Source of the DNA: Promethearchaeota archaeon
Lineage (GTDB): Archaea > Asgardarchaeota > Lokiarchaeia > Sigyniarchaeales > SOKP01
NCBI GenBank assembly: GCA_016840085.1
Contig: JAEOTA010000089.1
Location: forward strand, 1 to 10,913
DNA: 10,913 nt
Direction of reading: 5' to 3'
The notes below the pieces were generated by a model. The model was given only the letters and a program-made list of their open reading frames with translations, had not been told where the DNA came from and ran no database searches. Shown one piece after another: positions 7,034 through 10,913 of this stretch (positions are counted from its first letter, which is position 1; the number at the start of each line of letters is the position of its first letter). Position numbers and translations under genes: made by a program.

Positions 7034-8611
7034 TTAAAATTCATGCTTATCAATAACAATTGGAAGTAGTAATTTCAAGAATGACATTGTTCCTCTTCTT
7101 TTAATAACCTCATAAATTGGCAGTTCAGGATAAATATAGAAATAATGAGTTTTTTTTAGCATTTTTAACGTTTTTAATTTTAAAAGCGGAGATAATTTTG
7201 TATGTTCTACAATAAAATTATTCATTAAATTTTTAATCAATGATTTATCAAGTATTATAATTGCTGATATAAAACCAAATTCCTCAGAGACATTTGTTCT
7301 AATTAAATCAAGGGAGTTATAAATACCATCAGAAAATATTATTTCTTTTTTAAGAGGTAATAAATTGATCAATGTGCTCTGTTCAATTTCTAATAAAATC
7401 GCATTTTCAGTTGTAGTCTTTAGATAATCCATTTTTTTAAAATTAATCTTCTTATACTTATCTACATCGGTTAGAATGATTAAGACTTTAGAATTTAATC
7501 CAAAATTAGTATCAAGGAAGTTAAAAACTAAATCTGGTATAACCCAATGAGACAATTTTCTAAGATTTAAATTTAGACCGAAAAGACGCAACATAAATCT
7601 TACAAGAGTGTTAAATACAACTGGTCGAGGAATCATATCCCAATATTTTTCAAAGCTACGATATCCAAATAAAATTTTCTGCATTAAAAATTGTAAGTTC
7701 TCTTTTTTCAGAGGAACAGTAAGTTCAGTCAAATCTGATAATAAAGAGATGACGATATTTTGATCTACACAATAAATATTGTCTGTATTTAACTTCTCTT
7801 GAATAAGGTTTAGAGTTTCTTTCTCACTTAATTCATTATCATTAATTCCTAAATCAAGGGGAAGCAACACTCTGAATTTAAATTGAGGTTTTCCTAATTC
7901 AGAGAGGCGATTTTGTAAGTGAAATATTAAATTCATATTTTCTGAGGTAATTAAAAAAGAAATGTTAAATTCAGGCAAAATACCGTAGGATACACCAACA
8001 AGACTTTTTAATTGAACAGTATTTAAAAATAAGGTAAAATCCTTTAAAGATTGGTATAGGGTTGGTTCAGGATAGATAAAAAATAAATCTTGTTCAAATA
8101 ATTTTTGAAGTAATTCCAGAAATTGAAGAATAAAATCATTAATAGATAAATCTTCAATATTTTCACAATATTTATTTATAATATCAATAGCGCTTTCCTT
8201 AAATAGTCGAATAGAAGAGATTCTTACGTCTTTCCTTTTTAATAAATCATCTTGCATTCTATTAAAGATTCTATCAAATTCATCAAAATGTCTATGCTTA
8301 TACTTAACTATATTCAATGGTAATTTTTCAATAGAATCATGAATCCCTGCCTTACTTGTTTCATACAAATATAAGCTGAGAAGTTCCCTCCCATCATCTG
8401 ATATTATTATATCTAAGATGTTGTTTTGGTCACTTAAAAATTTGGGGTACAAGAGTTCAAAAAAATGATATAAAATATGAGCTTTAATTCTGATTGGAGA
8501 TAATGGAATTCTAACTTCTTGTTCCATTAACTTCGATTTATCTAATAAATCAATTTTAAAATTAAAATCAATAATTTTTTTCCAATTAGTATAAAATTGT
8601 TTATTAATCAA
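7034..8611 (-). CDS. Hypothetical protein (525 aa), apparently three diverged alpha/beta repeats
   Basis: Long ORF with a TTG start 4 nt downstream of the DUF362 stop, suggesting an operon. No family recognised. Recurrent motif FFIYPEPTLY / WDMIPRPVVF / FYIYPELPIY. Confidence 0.8.
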   Translation of the reverse strand: MINKQFYTNWKKIIDFNFKIDLLDKSKLMEQEVRIPLSPIRIKAHILYHFFELLYPKFLSDQNNILDIIISDDGRELLSLYLYETSKAGIHDSIEKLPLNIVKYKHRHFDEFDRIFNRMQDDLLKRKDVRISSIRLFKESAIDIINKYCENIEDLSINDFILQFLELLQKLFEQDLFFIYPEPTLYQSLKDFTLFLNTVQLKSLVGVSYGILPEFNISFLITSENMNLIFHLQNRLSELGKPQFKFRVLLPLDLGINDNELSEKETLNLIQEKLNTDNIYCVDQNIVISLLSDLTELTVPLKKENLQFLMQKILFGYRSFEKYWDMIPRPVVFNTLVRFMLRLFGLNLNLRKLSHWVIPDLVFNFLDTNFGLNSKVLIILTDVDKYKKINFKKMDYLKTTTENAILLEIEQSTLINLLPLKKEIIFSDGIYNSLDLIRTNVSEEFGFISAIIILDKSLIKNLMNNFIVEHTKLSPLLKLKTLKMLKKTHYFYIYPELPIYEVIKRRGTMSFLKLLLPIVIDKHEF

Positions 8612-8615
8612 TTAT

Positions 8616-10082
8616 TTAGAGAGCCTCCCATTTCTTCAATTTTTCTTTAATTTTCCCATTAGTCCATATTTTAACAACTTCATTATATAATGTTAAATTA
8701 GGAGCATTACTTTTTCCATAATAATCTACCATCAATTCTATGCATTTAAAAATGTCAGGTGGACATCCTGGCAATTCTAATATTTTTTTATTTATTTTTT
8801 CTTTAATTTTAATTTTTTCTTCAGAATTAGATTTCTTCAAAACTATATCTTTAGCATCATCAATAATACTTTTACCTTTTTCCTTCTTTATCCTCCTAAA
8901 ATCACTATTTTTGGTACTGTTTATTGCACAATTGCCAAATAAAATGATATTTTCTAAATTTTTAGGTTCTGGTGGATTTTCTCCAATTAAAAAAGAGTTA
9001 ATCGGATTATATTTTAAATCTTTAATCATAATTGTTTTCATTAAATTTAACAAATGATAGCTTTGCTTGAAACATCCAGAGCAATATAATCCTGATCCAA
9101 TAAAGAAATTCCTTAAATTAATATCTTGTAGGTTTGGCACGCATAATTTTATATCTAAATTATCATCCATTTCGCCAAAAATCTTAATTTTTGATGTATC
9201 AGTTATACCTATCCCTCTTTTTTCTGCTTCTAATATTAAATCATGACTATTTGTATCAACATTTAGCATCTTTAAAGTAATTAAATCTACAGAAACTGCA
9301 TCATCTCCAATAATTAAAGAGCCTGTTTTTTTTAAATTGGAATCTCTATAAATATAAGGACCAGCTCCTTCTAATAAAAAGAATAAATCGTTTATTGCCA
9401 GATCTGGCTTTTTTATAGAGTAAACGTCTAAAATGTTAGATATTAATTCTTGTTTATATTCATCATGTATAATATAATCTTCTTCTTCAGGTAATCTTTT
9501 ATTAACTTCTTGATTATGTACTGGAACATTTGAATAACAATTTAATAAGGATAAATTACTCTTGAATATTGGATTCACATTAACTTGGTTTATAGAAATA
9601 AATTTATCTGAATCAACTATTACATGAGGTACTAAAAAGTATTTATCATTTACTTCAATCTTGTAAAAATTATTATCTTTAATCTTTTTTAATTGCTCTA
9701 ATTTTATCCCTTTTTGCTCGAAGTAATTACTATTATCTAAAAAGGCTAATTCTGCTCCTAGATTTTTAAAATATTCTTGAAACCCTAATAATTCAGAGAA
9801 TTTTTTCATACAAATCCCCTTAAAAAGAAAACTTCCAACATAGATCTTTTTTGCTCCAGCTTCTTTACAAGAATTAATTATTGCTCTAATTACATCAAAA
9901 TTTGGTATTACTGGAAAACCATTAGGTAAACTTAAATTTATTTTTATAAATACCTGATCTCCTTCTTTAATGAATTTACCTACCCCTCCTAATCTTTCGA
10001 TTCCTTCTAGCACACAATTCTCTGGTGTAGTGCCTTTAATTATAGTAACACTAGCCTTGTCGGATATTAAATGATTTTCCAT
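8616..10082 (-). CDS. DUF362-domain protein with a C-terminal CxxC...GxC...PGCPP Fe-S-type domain (divergent)
   Basis: DUF362-like features: LGGVGKFIKEGDQVFIKINL, AGAKKIYVG, KPDLAIND..LLEGAGP, GDDAVSVD, AEKRGIG. C-terminal CSGC (C334/C337), GNCA (C385) and LPGCPP (C440). Confidence 0.85.
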   Translation of the reverse strand: MENHLISDKASVTIIKGTTPENCVLEGIERLGGVGKFIKEGDQVFIKINLSLPNGFPVIPNFDVIRAIINSCKEAGAKKIYVGSFLFKGICMKKFSELLGFQEYFKNLGAELAFLDNSNYFEQKGIKLEQLKKIKDNNFYKIEVNDKYFLVPHVIVDSDKFISINQVNVNPIFKSNLSLLNCYSNVPVHNQEVNKRLPEEEDYIIHDEYKQELISNILDVYSIKKPDLAINDLFFLLEGAGPYIYRDSNLKKTGSLIIGDDAVSVDLITLKMLNVDTNSHDLILEAEKRGIGITDTSKIKIFGEMDDNLDIKLCVPNLQDINLRNFFIGSGLYCSGCFKQSYHLLNLMKTIMIKDLKYNPINSFLIGENPPEPKNLENIILFGNCAINSTKNSDFRRIKKEKGKSIIDDAKDIVLKKSNSEEKIKIKEKINKKILELPGCPPDIFKCIELMVDYYGKSNAPNLTLYNEVVKIWTNGKIKEKLKKWEAL

Positions 10083-10158
10083 TATAAATAATTATACAAA
10101 ATTCTTTTATTATAGTAAATTAGTTTAAAATTAATTAAATTTTTAGTTAGTGATATAA
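10083..10158. promoter_or_regulatory. Compact divergent promoter region (DUF362 operon / pantothenate kinase)
   Basis: 76-bp, almost pure A/T spacer between head-to-head ATGs. TATA-like runs: TTTAAAA at 10124-10130 (+) and TATAATAAAA at about 10105-10114 (-). Confidence 0.4.
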
Positions 10159-10818
10159 ATGGCTTTAGAAAACTTAATAAAACTTCCCTTAGAAGAACAT
10201 TTATCTTATTTCCCATCATCAACCGTTGGAATCGATATTGGTCAGAGCCTGAGTAAATTAGTATGCGTAAAGGATAATAAATTACATTTATCAATTAATC
10301 CTACTGAAAATAATCATTTAAAAATTAAGGAATTTATAGAGTCTAAAAAGAATATATTTACAAACTTTAATTTTACAGGAGGAAAAAGTTATGGTTTATA
10401 TCAACAATATTCAGGAGATTTCAACACTCGATTAATAAATGAATTTGAAGCGAATGTTAAAGGCGTTGAGATTTTCTATCGAATAGAAAAAAATAAAGAC
10501 TTACCACCATCATTAGTTGTTTCAGTAGGTACTGGCACCTCAATAGTTTTGAAAAAAGATATGTTTGAACATCTAGGGGGAACAGCTATGGGAGGTGGGC
10601 TCTTTATGGGGTTAATTAAAGCTTTATTCAACATAAATGATTTTCAAGAAGCTATAGATTTAGCCAAAAAAGGAAATAGATATAATGTTGATTTAAAAGT
10701 TTCTGATATATATGATCCTGAAGATGAAAGAGTTGATTTATTATTCAGGGAGTTTACAGCAGCATCACTGGGAAAGATTGATCTAAATTTTAATATGAAT
10801 AATTTGGATAATTTTTAA
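10159..10818 (+). pseudogene. coaW: Type II pantothenate kinase (fumble/CoaW-like, ASKHA fold), C-terminally truncated
   Basis: Motifs GIDIGQSLSK (phosphate-1), FTGGKS, INEFEANVKG (catalytic Glu95), VSVGTGTSI, HLGGTAMGGGLFMGL, GNRYNVDLKVSDIY and TAASLGK. The ORF stops at 219 aa right after AASLGK...NNLDNF. It lacks the following 'eDi..sl...i..nig' helix and the 'vf.Ggf'/'gAlGA' motifs expected in full-length PanK-II. Confidence 0.75.
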
Positions 10819-10913
10819 TTTACCTTCATCGACAAAAATATTTATAGCTTTTGGAGGTTTAATTAAATCACGCTTTTCCTAAACGATAGACTTAAATTCG
10901 CCTAATCCTCTAT

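Noticed and set aside
8757-9083. CxxC/GxC/PGCPP as evidence for a [NiFe]-hydrogenase small subunit or NuoB
   Set aside because: The motif is fused to DUF362, where such C-terminal domains occur, and no large subunit or complex I genes are nearby.
2570-10294. Short opposite-strand ORFs 2570-2758, 4354-4539, 6163-6402, 6424-6660, 8740-9057 and 10082-10294
   Set aside because: All are shadows overlapping well-supported genes and have no recognisable motifs.
10879-10881. In-frame TAG in the minus-strand fragment as pyrrolysine or stop recoding
   Set aside because: TAG serves as a normal stop in this window (6971-6973), no pyl genes are visible, and the fragment is too short to judge.
10802-10882. 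Plus-strand alternative frame IWIIFNLPSSTKIFIAFGGLIKSRFS as the frameshifted PanK C-terminus
   Set aside because: The resemblance of IAFGG to 'vf.GG' is superficial. The intervening conserved helix is absent and the frame stops after 26 codons.
1-10913. tRNA, rRNA, CRISPR arrays or GC-rich hairpin terminators
   Set aside because: No GC-rich structured segment or regularly spaced nucleotide repeat was seen, and all intergenic regions are very AT-rich.

Overview
This AT-rich window (visibly under about 30% GC) is archaeal, most likely Asgard (Lokiarchaeia/Promethearchaeota-like). That assignment is inferred from an archaeal/eukaryotic NOG1-type GTPase, apparently leaderless genes and the style of the hypothetical proteins. 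Gene order: 3' end of a probable HerA/VirB4/FtsK-like ATPase gene; an overlapping 635-aa protein made of a helical N-terminus plus two tandem ~210-aa [Cys/His motif-HTH-HNH nuclease-short tail] units; a convergent NOG1 GTPase; a TPR-like helical protein; a divergent asd; a VAO/GlcD-superfamily FAD oxidoreductase; a 525-aa hypothetical with three apparent internal repeats, probably co-transcribed with a degenerate DUF362/Fe-S protein; and a divergent type II (fumble/CoaW-like) pantothenate kinase that is cut off before its C-terminal region. The best candidate for an undescribed system is the ATPase plus double HTH-HNH locus (1-2277), where removing one base in a homopolymer tract would fuse the two ORFs. 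No rRNA, tRNA or CRISPR array was seen.
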